In this document: piece after piece, positions 50,131 through 61,127 of the stretch
Layout: every line of letters starts with the position of its first letter
Position numbering within the stretch: the first letter of the stretch is position 1
Origin: Hydrolagus colliei
Lineage: Eukaryota
Length of the DNA: 64,000 nt
Direction of reading: 5' to 3'
Assembly (NCBI GenBank): GCA_035084275.1
Contig: CM068752.1
Coordinates: forward strand, 8,122,001 to 8,186,000
Program-made: the position numbers and the translations under genes
The notes under the pieces: model-generated
Seen by the model: only the letters and a program-made list of their open reading frames with translations
Told to the model about the DNA's origin: nothing
The model's database searches: none

Positions 50131-52569
50131 ATGGCGAATACACGCAGCATTTGGGCGTCTTTCGCTTTCCTCATAATGCTCTCAGGTTTAACGGCTGGAT
50201 ACGTTCAGTATTCAATTCCCGAGGAACTGAAACTCGGCGCCTTTGTAGGGAATATCGCTGAAGATTTGGGATTGAAGATTCGGGAGCTGGCGATTCGAAA
50301 ATGTCGGCTGGTCTCTCACAATCAAAAACGATATTTGGAGGTGAATTTGGACAATGGGTTTTTATTTGTGAACGAAATAATCGACAGAGAACAGCTTTGT
50401 GGACCCAGCTCGACCTGTTTCCTTTCCTTTGAGGTAACGATGGAAAATCCTTTCCAAGTGTATGATTTTGAAATCGAAATATTAGACGTAAACGACAATT
50501 CTCCGACATTTCCGAAGAACTCATTTTCCATACAGATTGCCGAGTTGGTCGCCCCAGGAGCCCGTTTTCCTCTCGAGATGGCGCAAGATCCCGATGTGGG
50601 GATGAACACAGTAAGCAATTACGAAATAAGCAAAAATGAACACTTCGGCCTAAAACAGCACACAAGAAGCGATGGAAAAAAAGTTGCAGAGTTGTCCTTA
50701 GAGAAGCCTTTAGACCGAGAAAGACAGTCAAGCGTTCAGCTGGTGTTGACAGCCTTTGATGATGGCCGACCGCAGAGATCCGGCACAGCTCAGATCCTCA
50801 TTGATTTACTGGATATAAATGACAACCCACCCGTGTTTGACAGTGAGTTGTACGAAGCCAGTTTGGTAGAAGATGCGTCACTGGGTACTTTAGTGAAAAC
50901 AGTTAAAGCTGGTGATTTAGACGAAGGAACAAATGCCGAGGTAAGATATTCTTTTAGCAATTATGTGCCACAAAAAGAGAGAGAATTGTTCGCTATAGAG
51001 CAAAGCACTGGAGAGATTCGACTTCAAGGGGAACTGGATTTCGAAGAATCCAAGGTTTATGAACTGACTGTGCAAGGTGTTGACAATGGTTCGCCCGCAA
51101 TGACGGGTCATTGCAAGGTTGTTGTCACTTTGATTGATGCGAATGATAACAGTCCTGAGATTAAACTCACCTCAGTGTCCAGTAAAGTGAGCGAGAACGC
51201 TGAGACAGGGACGGTGGTAGCTGTGATCGGTGTGACAGACAGTGATTCCGGTAAAAACGGTGAAGTTCAATGTAGAATTGAGGCGAATATTCCATTTAAG
51301 CTGCAAAAAAGCCGAAAGAATCACTACAAGTTAGTCACAAGCCAAATGTTGGACCGTGAAAAGGTCCAAGTGTATAACATCTCTATTTTAGCCTGGGACT
51401 CTGGATCTCCCCCTCTTTCATCCAATAAATCCCTGCAAGTGACAGTGTCTGATGTGAATGACAACGCGCCCCGGTTTGACCAGCCCTCATACACCGCATA
51501 TGTGATGGAGAATAACGCTCCGGGTGACTCCATTCTCTCAGTTACAGCTTTGGATCCTGATTCAGACCAGAATTCCTACGTCTCCTATACAGTCCTGGAG
51601 AATCACATACAGGAAATTATGTCCTTTCCTTATATCAGTGTTGACACCAAAAGTGGGAACGTTTACGCGCTGCGATCCTTTGATTACGAGCAGCTCAAAA
51701 ACTTTCAGCTCCAAGTCCAGGCGCGGGATTCCGGGTCCCCCCCACTGAGCAGCAGCGCCGCAGTGAATGTGATTATCTTGGATCAAAATGACAACGCTCC
51801 CGTGGTGGTTTCCCCTGTAACCCGGAACGGATCAGCAACTGTGGATCCGGTGCCTCAGTCGGCACCTGCAGGTTACTTGGTGACCAAGGTAATGGCGACT
51901 GATGCTGATTCTGGTCAGAACGCACGGCTTTCATATCAATTGCGTAAAGCTACTGATCCCAGTCTAATCAAAATTGGACTAAAAACTGGAGATGTCAAAT
52001 TAATCCGAAGTGTATCGAGCTACGATTCTACTACACAAACTCTCCTTATCTCGGTAGCTGACAACGGGCAGCCAAGCCTCTCTGCTACAGTGACTGTCGC
52101 ATTTTCAATAGTTGCCCATGTCACAGAAAAATATTTTGAACGCAGTAATGTTGTGGAAAACTCTAAGAATTTTTCTGATTTGAATCTGTACTTAATTTTA
52201 ACTTTGGGCTCAACCTCCTTGATATTTCTTTTGACTATCATGGTACTAATTGCCATCAAATGTCGCCAAGATAGTGACAATGGTGACGACTGTAGTTTAT
52301 ACTGTTGCAGAATGAGAGATTCAGGGAATAGTTTTACGCGGAGATCTGCACCCAAAGAATCACTGAACTATACTGGGGTTAGGGAGAATGTCCCTGTTCC
52401 TGGATCTTACAATTACAGATTCAGTGTTTCTCCAGAATCTGCCAAAACTGATTTTCTCTTCCTAAAAACCCTTGCCCCAACCCTACCCCACAGCACTCTC
52501 AAATTATCGGATGTTGGTGGGGCAAAAGAAATAGGCCAGGAAATAATTACTGGTGGAAATAGGTATTGA
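50131..52569 (+). CDS. g15: clustered protocadherin (group A), 812 aa
   Basis: ATG at 50131; intact SP-6EC-TM-tail. Confidence 0.95.
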   Translation: MANTRSIWASFAFLIMLSGLTAGYVQYSIPEELKLGAFVGNIAEDLGLKIRELAIRKCRLVSHNQKRYLEVNLDNGFLFVNEIIDREQLCGPSSTCFLSFEVTMENPFQVYDFEIEILDVNDNSPTFPKNSFSIQIAELVAPGARFPLEMAQDPDVGMNTVSNYEISKNEHFGLKQHTRSDGKKVAELSLEKPLDRERQSSVQLVLTAFDDGRPQRSGTAQILIDLLDINDNPPVFDSELYEASLVEDASLGTLVKTVKAGDLDEGTNAEVRYSFSNYVPQKERELFAIEQSTGEIRLQGELDFEESKVYELTVQGVDNGSPAMTGHCKVVVTLIDANDNSPEIKLTSVSSKVSENAETGTVVAVIGVTDSDSGKNGEVQCRIEANIPFKLQKSRKNHYKLVTSQMLDREKVQVYNISILAWDSGSPPLSSNKSLQVTVSDVNDNAPRFDQPSYTAYVMENNAPGDSILSVTALDPDSDQNSYVSYTVLENHIQEIMSFPYISVDTKSGNVYALRSFDYEQLKNFQLQVQARDSGSPPLSSSAAVNVIILDQNDNAPVVVSPVTRNGSATVDPVPQSAPAGYLVTKVMATDADSGQNARLSYQLRKATDPSLIKIGLKTGDVKLIRSVSSYDSTTQTLLISVADNGQPSLSATVTVAFSIVAHVTEKYFERSNVVENSKNFSDLNLYLILTLGSTSLIFLLTIMVLIAIKCRQDSDNGDDCSLYCCRMRDSGNSFTRRSAPKESLNYTGVRENVPVPGSYNYRFSVSPESAKTDFLFLKTLAPTLPHSTLKLSDVGGAKEIGQEIITGGNRY

Positions 52570-53964
52570 TTCACAGAGGCTAAAATTCTAAATTCTATCC
52601 AGGTGTAATAAGAGCAGGCCTACATGAACAACCGTTGAAGGGTATATAAATAAAAGCTGAAGGAACTTTTTGAATTTGAGAATTATGGTTTTACCATAAT
52701 TTTAATAATGTTCCCATCGTGTCATAAACAAAGGGAATTCTTTCAGTTTGATTGGATTGCTACATAGATCCAAGTTGAAAAGGTAATATCCTAAGCTATC
52801 CAGTTCCCATATGTTTTAATTGTAAATACACATCTCTGTAAGGTTGAATTCAGTATGAGGCACACATTTAACTACTTAATGATGCATGTATTCCCTTCTT
52901 AGTTGATCAACTAACATAACATTTTTGGTTATTCGCTTGCTTCCCGCTTTCATTTGGTCTGAGTTTGATTTACAATGGCTTAAATTGTGATTATATGAAT
53001 GCATCACAATATGATGTATAAAAGCAATTTATTTCTTGCATACTGTACTTTGAGGATAATCTGTGATAGATTTAGTCGTAGAACATTCCTGTTGTTAGCA
53101 CTAAAATAAACATTATTCATGGACTTTAAGGACATAATTGCATTCTTAATACGACTTAAGTTCGTTGCTATATCTAAATATTTTCACAAATGCACAGCAC
53201 ATTGACATTTTTTATTTGTCTGGATAAGACTTTCTGTTCTGTAATGTGCATTCACATATTATTTAACGTTTCGTCAATAAACGGACAGGTGCTTACCCAC
53301 AATAGTAGTGTATTGTACTTTCTTTCGGATCATAGTTGTAGCTGTCAGAATGAAGTAGTTTCGTTTTCCTTATAAATTAGATACACGTAATATTCTTATC
53401 AGATGCAGTTGATTGCAAAGGTTAGGACATTGTTTTGATTAGCCAAGTCAGCGATTGCAAGTGTGCAATCAATTTCCTTTTTGGTTTGTTTAATTAAAGC
53501 TCATAGTACGGGGAGAGTTTAACAAGAGAAAGTTGCTTGATATATTCTCAAGTGAAACTTGGATTCCTATTTTAATCCCTTTACATGTATCAGCCAGGTT
53601 TTGCTGAATGTTTTTTTTTCAACCGGGTCAGGTGTTGGCTTCACATTTTCTTTTATGATTAACATTTGCATTTCCTAAAGCATAGTAATATTTGGAAACC
53701 ACTTTGTTAAATTTACATTATTCACTGTTAACTGAACAAAACACGATCTGTGACCTCGAATGGATAGGTGCATTCTGTACCAAGTACGAAATTTCCCACC
53801 ATTAAAGTGAAGGAAAATAATGGACCTTGACTACTCCCATGGCTGAACTTATTCCACACTGTGAAACATTCATCAATTCTTAAAAATATACATTGATAAC
53901 GAAACATATGAGATTTATTTTATAGAAGGTAAAGGTAATTAATTGGTTTTGTACGTCCATGTAT

Positions 53965-54035
53965 TCTCGCTTTAAGAAATACTCAGTGCAGTTGTTGGTC
54001 GGGACTCTTTGTGTCGCTGTCTACCAATAAGAAGC
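53965..54035 (+). promoter_or_regulatory. CSE/CGCT-box promoter element of g16
   Basis: TCTCGCTTTAAG..TGCAGTTGTTGG..TGTGTCGCTGTCTACCAATAAGAAGC (ATTGG changed to GTTGG). Confidence 0.85.
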
Positions 54036-54298
54036 TGAGTCGCTGCGAGAGATCTACCCCCATTCCACTTCACGAAAAAAACGCAGAAACAGTCCTGTGA
54101 CTGAGGCAGTCGAATGGTGCCTGTGTTTGCTTTGTGGAGCCATGTTCAGAAAGAAGGAACTGGAAGCTTTGGAATGCTCAGTTTAACATCAACATTACCA
54201 TTTATTTAAAAGCAGGTATTATGGTATGACAATATACCGAATTTGATGGATTCGAGGAAATATAACTATACTTAAAACAAATTTAAACCGAGACGAAA

Positions 54299-56725
54299 AT
54301 GGCAAATGCTTTGAACAAGAGGGCGTATTTCATTCTCTTCTGGTCTCTTTATTCTCTTCTGGTTTCCGATTTGGTTTTCGGACAAATTCGGTACTCGATT
54401 CCCGAGGAATTGGAGCAGGGTGCTTTTGTTGGGAATATCGCTGAAGATTTGGGACTGGCCGTTCAGAGGTTGTCAGCTCGAAAGCTCAGACTGGTTGCGG
54501 ATGATGGAAAGCGCTATCTGGAGGTAAATATGCTGAATGGGATTTTGTATGTGATTGAGAGAATCGACAGAGAAAAGCTTTGTGGACAGAGCTCTACTTG
54601 TTTCCTTTCCTTTGACGCGTCGGTCGAAAACCCTTTGGAAATGTACCGTGTCGAAGTGGAGATATTAGATATAAACGATAATTCACCCAGTTTTCCTAAG
54701 AGTCGCTTTCCCTTGCAAATATTTGAGTTGGTTGCAACGGGAACATCTTTCCCTCTCGAGAGCGCGGAGGATCCGGACGCGGGGACAAACACAATAAACA
54801 CGTACCAGATAAGCCCAAATGAACATTTTGGCCTAAAAATCGAGACGAGAAGTGATGGCGCTAAAACTGCCGAGCTGGTTTTGCAGAAGCCTTTGGATCG
54901 AGAACAGCAGTCAACCTTTCAGCTGACGCTGACGGCCACTGATGGTGGCATCCCGCACAGATCTGGCTCGGCTCAGGTTTTTATCACTGTCCTGGATGCT
55001 AACGACAACGCCCCCGTTTTCAGTCAAAAGATATACAGGGCGAACTTGTTCGAAAATACACCCAAAGATACCTTAGCGATCAGAATACAAGCTGTCGATT
55101 TAGATGAAAGGCAAAACGGTGAGGTGAAGTATTCTTTCAGTGATCGCGCTTCCCCAAAGGTCCGCGAATTATTTAATGTGGATCCAGTTACGGGAGAGGT
55201 TAGAGTTCAAGGAATACTGGATTTTGAAGAAAAAGGTCTTTACGAACTTGATGTACAAGCGGTGGACAATGCACCGCAGACTATGGCAGGATATGCCAAA
55301 GTTCTTGTCGGAATAATTGATGTCAATGATAACGCTCCGGATGTAAAACTAACATCGTTATCTGCCACGGTGCCAGAAGATGCTTTTCCCGGCACTGTAA
55401 TTGCCCTGATCACACTAAGCGATCGTGATTCTGGCAAGAACGGACAAGTTGATTGCCAGCTAGCGAGGAACTTGCCTTTCAAACTTTTAACGTCTTCTAA
55501 ACACCGTTATAAATTGGTTACCAGTGACAAATTGGATCGCGAAACCGTTGCCGCGTACAACGTGTCCATTTTAGCCTGGGACGAAGGCTCTCCCCCTCTT
55601 TCAACAACCAAAGTCATCTCGGTGACGGTTTCCGATGTGAACGACAATGCTCCACAATTTACTCAATCCTCATACAATGTGTACCTGACAGAAAACAACA
55701 CACCGGGTGCTTCTATATTTACCGTGGAGGCTGTGGATCTTGACGTGAACCGGAATGGCGAGGTCTCCTATTTGGTCCTGGAGAGCCATACGCACAACAC
55801 GTCTGCTTACCTTAGCATCAACTCTAAAAGTGGGAACGTTTACTCGCTACGTTCCTTTGACTATGAAAAACTGAAACAATTTCAGATCCAAATTCAAGCA
55901 CAGGATGGTGGGTTTCCCTCGATGAGCAGCATTGCCACGCTGAATGCTATCATTCTAGATCAAAACGATAACGCACCGCTTGTCCTTTCACCTATAACGT
56001 GGAATAATTCAGCAAAAGTGGAGATAGCGCTCGAGTCAACCCATCCGGACTCCATGGTCACAAAGGTAATAGCGTCAGATGCAGATTCAGGTCAGAACGC
56101 AAGGCTTTCCTACAAGCTAATGGACTGCACTGACTCCACTCTCTTCAAAATAGACCCACTCACTGGAGAAATCACAACAACTCGAAGGCTTTCTGATGCT
56201 GATATTGCTGCCCCCCAAAGAGTGGTCCTCTTGGTGAAGGACAATGGCCAACCCAGCCTGTCCAACACCCTCACAATACTCTTTCAGATTCTTGACAACG
56301 GGACTGAACAACGAAATTTCCTTGAACGAAATGTACACCCGGTATCAGTTGGATATTTTTCGCATCTAAATCTTTATTTAATCATTGCTTTGGGAACGAC
56401 ATCCTTGATATTTCTTGTCATAATAACTTGTCTGGTGACCATCAAGTGTAAGCAAGACAGCAGTAACATCCGGGAGTACAACGCCTCGGCTTGTTGCTGT
56501 CTCAAGCCTCAGAGTTCAGACACTGCTGTTTACAAGAGACCCACAGCAAAGGAATATTTAAACTACACTGGGAGTGGGGAGACGCTTCCCATGTCCGATA
56601 AGTATCATTTTAGGGTCGGTTTATCTCCAGAATCGTCCAAGAGTGAATTCCTGTTTCTGAAGCCCTGCAATCCAACTCTACCCCTTGGTGATACCAATGT
56701 TGGTAACGTCGGCAACTACCAATGA
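54299..56725 (+). CDS. g16: clustered protocadherin (divergent singleton), 808 aa
   Basis: Intact ORF; does not share the group A or group B conversion tracts. Confidence 0.95.
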   Translation: MANALNKRAYFILFWSLYSLLVSDLVFGQIRYSIPEELEQGAFVGNIAEDLGLAVQRLSARKLRLVADDGKRYLEVNMLNGILYVIERIDREKLCGQSSTCFLSFDASVENPLEMYRVEVEILDINDNSPSFPKSRFPLQIFELVATGTSFPLESAEDPDAGTNTINTYQISPNEHFGLKIETRSDGAKTAELVLQKPLDREQQSTFQLTLTATDGGIPHRSGSAQVFITVLDANDNAPVFSQKIYRANLFENTPKDTLAIRIQAVDLDERQNGEVKYSFSDRASPKVRELFNVDPVTGEVRVQGILDFEEKGLYELDVQAVDNAPQTMAGYAKVLVGIIDVNDNAPDVKLTSLSATVPEDAFPGTVIALITLSDRDSGKNGQVDCQLARNLPFKLLTSSKHRYKLVTSDKLDRETVAAYNVSILAWDEGSPPLSTTKVISVTVSDVNDNAPQFTQSSYNVYLTENNTPGASIFTVEAVDLDVNRNGEVSYLVLESHTHNTSAYLSINSKSGNVYSLRSFDYEKLKQFQIQIQAQDGGFPSMSSIATLNAIILDQNDNAPLVLSPITWNNSAKVEIALESTHPDSMVTKVIASDADSGQNARLSYKLMDCTDSTLFKIDPLTGEITTTRRLSDADIAAPQRVVLLVKDNGQPSLSNTLTILFQILDNGTEQRNFLERNVHPVSVGYFSHLNLYLIIALGTTSLIFLVIITCLVTIKCKQDSSNIREYNASACCCLKPQSSDTAVYKRPTAKEYLNYTGSGETLPMSDKYHFRVGLSPESSKSEFLFLKPCNPTLPLGDTNVGNVGNYQ

Positions 56726-57288
56726 TATGCAGTGATGTATTTGGATGATGGATTCAAGTAACAGGAATGCATTTGACTGGTGAGCTTCACGTGCATGAAA
56801 AAAGTTGGCATGGTTATATATGCATGGTGATGGGGGAAACATTGTCTCTAAATGTCAGGTTTCATATAGTTCCTGGTTGTACATTTGCTGGTTGTAGAGT
56901 GATAGTTCGATCGATTGTCAATAATAAGAAATATTCTATTAAAAAAAACAAGAAGCAAGATCCTTCCAACTATTTGCTCGTGTTCTAGGCCTATTTAGAT
57001 GTTTTTCCCAAATACCCTGTTTGAACTATGTGATCACCCATCCCCCCAATAAATGGTCATTCATTGCACGACTGTTTGTGGTTCACTGATGGTTGCAAAT
57101 GGGTGCCATCTTTCGCCCACGAAATATAGTCAATTCGCTCTACAGTATTTTCGTAGAAGCGCTTTGAGACGTATCGGAAATGTAATAAAGCGCAATATCA
57201 AAAGCATTAGTTACTGGTATTTTTATTTTAGTTGTGGGCGCTAAATATTGCGCTCATAGTGATTATCCATCTTTCGTGAAGATGCAAC

Positions 57289-57358
57289 CTAGCTTTAAGA
57301 AACGCAGATTGTAATTATTGGATGAGGCTGTTTGTGTCGCTGTCTACCAATAAGGGAG
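57289..57358 (+). promoter_or_regulatory. CSE/CGCT-box promoter element of g17
   Basis: CTAGCTTTAAG..TGTAATTATTGG..TGTGTCGCTGTCTACCAATAAGG. Confidence 0.85.
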
Positions 57359-57622
57359 TGAAACGTCGCTAGAGATCCATGAGTTTTCCTCCTCCCCCAT
57401 CATCCAGCACAAAAGCGCAGAGAGAAGCCCAGTTGTTCCTTTCTTTATGTCTCGCTGCCACGCTCAGAGCCAGGGATTTTTTATTCTCCTTATTGTTTGG
57501 ACCAAATACCATTATTCATAACAAATATATATATATATATATTGGCAGAGTTAGCAAAACCGTTGAAACACAAACGATTTGCGTTCTGATTATTTATTTT
57601 CAAAACGGATTCAGTGTGTAAG

Positions 57623-60070
57623 ATGGCGAACCTACACAGCAGAAGGATATTTAAATGCTGGGCGTTTCGTTGCGTTTTCCTGCTGTGTGTCTCGGGCATG
57701 ACTGTCGGTCAGATTCGCTACGCAATTCCCGAGGAACTGGAGCTCGGAGCCTTTGTGGGGAATATCGCTGAGTATTTGGGAATGGACGATCGGACAATGT
57801 CAGCTCGGGACTTGCGGCTGGTCTTTGAGGACAACACACGCCATTTGAAGGTAAATTTGGACACTGGAAGTTTATGTGTTGATGAACGAATTGACAGAGA
57901 ACAGCTTTGTGCTCAGAGCCCCACCTGCTCCCTTTCGTTTGAGATTACTATCCAAAACCCTTTAGAGATATACAGCGTGGAGATAGAGATATTGGACGTG
58001 AATGACAATTCGCCCAGTTTTCCTAAGAGTGATTTTTTCTTGGAGGTCGGCGAGTCAATCGCTCCGGGTGCTCGATTCCCTCTGGAGAGCGCGTACGATC
58101 CAGATGTGGGTACAAACACGATAAAAAATTACGAGGTCAGTTCAAACGAGTATTTCGGCCTGAATATACAGACTACGAGCGACGGAAATAAAGTTGCCGA
58201 GTTATTGTTGGAGAAATCTTTGGATCGGGAAAGGGAGGCAACCTTTCAGTTAATACTGACAGCAATTGATGGCGGCTTCCCCGAGAAATCAGGCACCGCA
58301 CGGATTATTATCACAGTGTTAGATGCAAATGACAACGCGCCTGCTTTCGATCGTGAACTGTATGAAGTAAAATTACGCGAGAACTCGCCAATGGGTACCC
58401 CAGTGGTCACAGTCAATGCGGGTGATTTAGATGAAGGTGCAAACGCTGAGGTGACATATTCGTTCAGCAATCACGCTTCCAAAAGGGTTCGTGAACTGTT
58501 CAGTTTGGACTCAAAAACGGGAGAAATTAGAGTAAAAGGAACGTTGGATTTTGAAGAAGCAAAAGTTTATGAACTGGCTGTACAAGCCACGGACAACGGT
58601 CCAATCGCCCTGAAGGGCCATTGTAAAGTTTTGGTGGAAATAATCGACCTGAATGATAATCCTCCCGAGATAAAACTGACATCAGCTTTCAGCACTGTGC
58701 CTGAGAACGTGGCGCCGGGGACGGGGATAATTCTCATCGGTGTTTCAGATAGAGATTCTGGAGAAAACGGGCAAGTGGATTGCCGAATTCCCGACACCGT
58801 TCCCTTTACACTCCAATCGTCTTCGGAAAACCAATACAAGTTGGTGACTAGCGGCTCGTTGGATCGGGAAACGACCCCCACGTATAACGTCACAGTTCTG
58901 GCCTGGGACGCAGGGTCTCCGCCTCTTTACGCAAACAAAACCATTTCGGTGTCGGTGTCGGACGTCAATGATAACGCGCCACGGTTTGAACAGCCAACAT
59001 ATACGGTCTACCTGACAGAAAATAACACTCCCGGTGCCTCTGTTTGTTCAGTCACCGCCGTCGACCCCGATTTGGATCAGAATTCTTATGTCACATATAC
59101 TTTGTTGGGTGGTTTGATTCAGGGAGAATCGGCGTCGGCTTATATCAGTGTTAATTCGAACAATGGGGACGTTTACACGCTGCGATCTTTTGATTACGAG
59201 GCACTGAAGAACTTCAACTTCCGGGTTCAAGCCCGCGATGCTGGAGTCCCCCCATTGAGCAGCAGCACAACAATCAACCTGATTATTTTGGATCAAAACG
59301 ATAACGCGCCAACAGTCATCTCACCTTTAATCCGGGATGGATCAGTCGCCGTGGAAACTGTGCCCAGGTCAGCGGGTGTAGGTTATTTGGTCACCAGGGT
59401 GGTGGCGGCTGATGCAGATTCTGGACAAAACTCGAGGTTATCTTACAAGTTGCTGAAAGCTACTGATCCCAGTTTATTCGGTGTGGGGCTGTACTCTGGG
59501 GAAATCAGAACAACTCGCAGCTTTTTAGACCAAGACTTCACGACTCAAAGACTGGTTATAACGATCAGAGACAACGGCCAACCAGTGCTGTCTGCCTCTG
59601 TCACCATTTCCTTTTCCATCGTAGATAATGTTACTGAAAATCACCTCGGCCGAAATGATTTGCAATCAAAGCCCGAATACTTCTCGGATCTAAATCTATA
59701 TTTGATTATCGTCTTAGCATCAACTTCATGCATATTTTTGGTGGCAATTCTTGCCCTTGTTGCTGTCAAATGCTACCAGGACAGAAACGCTGGCTACGAT
59801 TGCAACATTGCGGTGTGCTGCTGGCGCTACAAGAGTTCCAGAAATGTTTCTGATCGTGGACCCGCACCAAACGAATGTCTCAATTACACTGGATACAATC
59901 CTGAAACTTATAATTATCAGGCGTGTATATTTCCAGAATCAGCAAAGAGTGATTTTCTGTTTTTAAGAAGTTACAATTCAACCCTCCCCAAGAGTAATAT
60001 GGAGGTCACTGACCCTAAGGTCGACAAAGGAATTTGTCAGCAAACTAGAGCTGCAGATTATAGACATTGA
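57623..60070 (+). CDS. g17: clustered protocadherin (divergent singleton), 815 aa
   Basis: ATG at 57623 (MANLHSRR); intact SP-6EC-TM-tail. Confidence 0.95.
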   Translation: MANLHSRRIFKCWAFRCVFLLCVSGMTVGQIRYAIPEELELGAFVGNIAEYLGMDDRTMSARDLRLVFEDNTRHLKVNLDTGSLCVDERIDREQLCAQSPTCSLSFEITIQNPLEIYSVEIEILDVNDNSPSFPKSDFFLEVGESIAPGARFPLESAYDPDVGTNTIKNYEVSSNEYFGLNIQTTSDGNKVAELLLEKSLDREREATFQLILTAIDGGFPEKSGTARIIITVLDANDNAPAFDRELYEVKLRENSPMGTPVVTVNAGDLDEGANAEVTYSFSNHASKRVRELFSLDSKTGEIRVKGTLDFEEAKVYELAVQATDNGPIALKGHCKVLVEIIDLNDNPPEIKLTSAFSTVPENVAPGTGIILIGVSDRDSGENGQVDCRIPDTVPFTLQSSSENQYKLVTSGSLDRETTPTYNVTVLAWDAGSPPLYANKTISVSVSDVNDNAPRFEQPTYTVYLTENNTPGASVCSVTAVDPDLDQNSYVTYTLLGGLIQGESASAYISVNSNNGDVYTLRSFDYEALKNFNFRVQARDAGVPPLSSSTTINLIILDQNDNAPTVISPLIRDGSVAVETVPRSAGVGYLVTRVVAADADSGQNSRLSYKLLKATDPSLFGVGLYSGEIRTTRSFLDQDFTTQRLVITIRDNGQPVLSASVTISFSIVDNVTENHLGRNDLQSKPEYFSDLNLYLIIVLASTSCIFLVAILALVAVKCYQDRNAGYDCNIAVCCWRYKSSRNVSDRGPAPNECLNYTGYNPETYNYQACIFPESAKSDFLFLRSYNSTLPKSNMEVTDPKVDKGICQQTRAADYRH

Positions 60071-60553
60071 TTCACTCAGGTGGGTAATTAAATTCCCATA
60101 TTCCAAATTAAGATAAATTAAGTATTTATGTCACTGTTTTATTTCGTAGACTACAAACATATGATACATTTGTGTGCGTATACAGATATTTTCAAACCCA
60201 CCATATGTATCTCAATCTGTAGCAAGTATACAATTGTTAATTGATATTTGGCAAAGCTACTTCAATACAACAATCAAGCTTAAACAAGTTATGATAATCA
60301 CATAGGCTAGAGAATGCAAAATATTCGTATTAAATATATATAAATCACATAGTTCCTCTATATTCTTTGTTTTGGTATAAAGTCGTTACTTGTTTTTCTG
60401 TTAATTGCAGCACAGTTAAGATCATTTACAACCAGAGCACATGTTTCACAAATATGAACAGTTAATTTATACAGATGCAGTAAAATATATTAATACAGTG
60501 GACTTTCCAAAGCAGAAAAGGTTTTATCAAAACTATTGTACAGTGTTTTATGA

Positions 60554-61127
60554 CTGGTCCATGCCTTTGTCACCTCTCCCTGGACTACTCCAATGCCATC
60601 CTCACCGGTCTCACCTCCACCACCATTCACAAATTCCAGCTCATACAAAACTCCACCGCCCGCATTCTCACCCAAACCTAACTTCTCTCCCCAATTACCC
60701 CAGTCCTCGCCAGACTTCACTGTCTCTCTGTCACAGAGGGGATCGATTTCAAGATCCTCACTCTTGTGTTTAAATTTCTGCATTCCTCTGTACTCCCAAC
60801 CTCTCTAATCTCCTCTCTCCTCACAGCAGTCCCCGCTGCCTTTGCTATGCTGGGTCTGGCCTCCTCCTTGTCCCTCGAATCCTCCATACCACCGTCGGTG
60901 GCTGTGCTTTCAGCCACTAAGCCCTGAAAACTCTGGAATTCCCTCCCTCAACCCCTTCAACCCACAGCCTCCTTTTCCATTTTCAGATGACACCTGAACA
61001 CCTTTCTGTTCGACCGCGCCTATGTTCACCTTCCGTTGGGCTCCGCTCTGCCATTGTGAACCGCTCTGATATGTAGTCTGGCGTGGAGGGCGCTATTTAA
61101 ATACAAATTATTGTTGTTTTTGTTGTT
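60554..61127 (+). mobile_element. 5'-truncated, decayed L2-clade LINE (3' end of ORF2 plus tail)
   Basis: Broken translation VHAFVTS..LDYSNAILTGL..KFQLIQNSTARILT..FKILTLVFK..AFS..LWNSLP is typical of the L2 ORF2 C-terminus. Ends in GGCGCTATTTAAATACAAATTATTGTTGTT with a (TTG)n-like tail. Confidence 0.85.

Larger units (their letters stand above)
43861..50602 (+). repeat. Recent 3360-bp tandem duplication (43861-47242 repeated at 47221-50602)
   Basis: Line-by-line near identity at an offset of exactly 3360, including the intergenic DNA; similarity drops abruptly outside these limits. Confidence 0.95.

Noticed and set aside
52570-53960. Long AT-rich spacers (also 38700-39700) as possible sites of constant exons or ncRNA genes
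   Set aside because: I found no recognisable constant-region peptide (e.g. PNxDW), tRNA or other structured RNA by eye; small exons cannot be excluded without cDNA.
60441-60917. Pro/Ser/His-rich ORFs on both strands
   Set aside because: Alternative frames of the decayed C-rich L2 LINE fragment.
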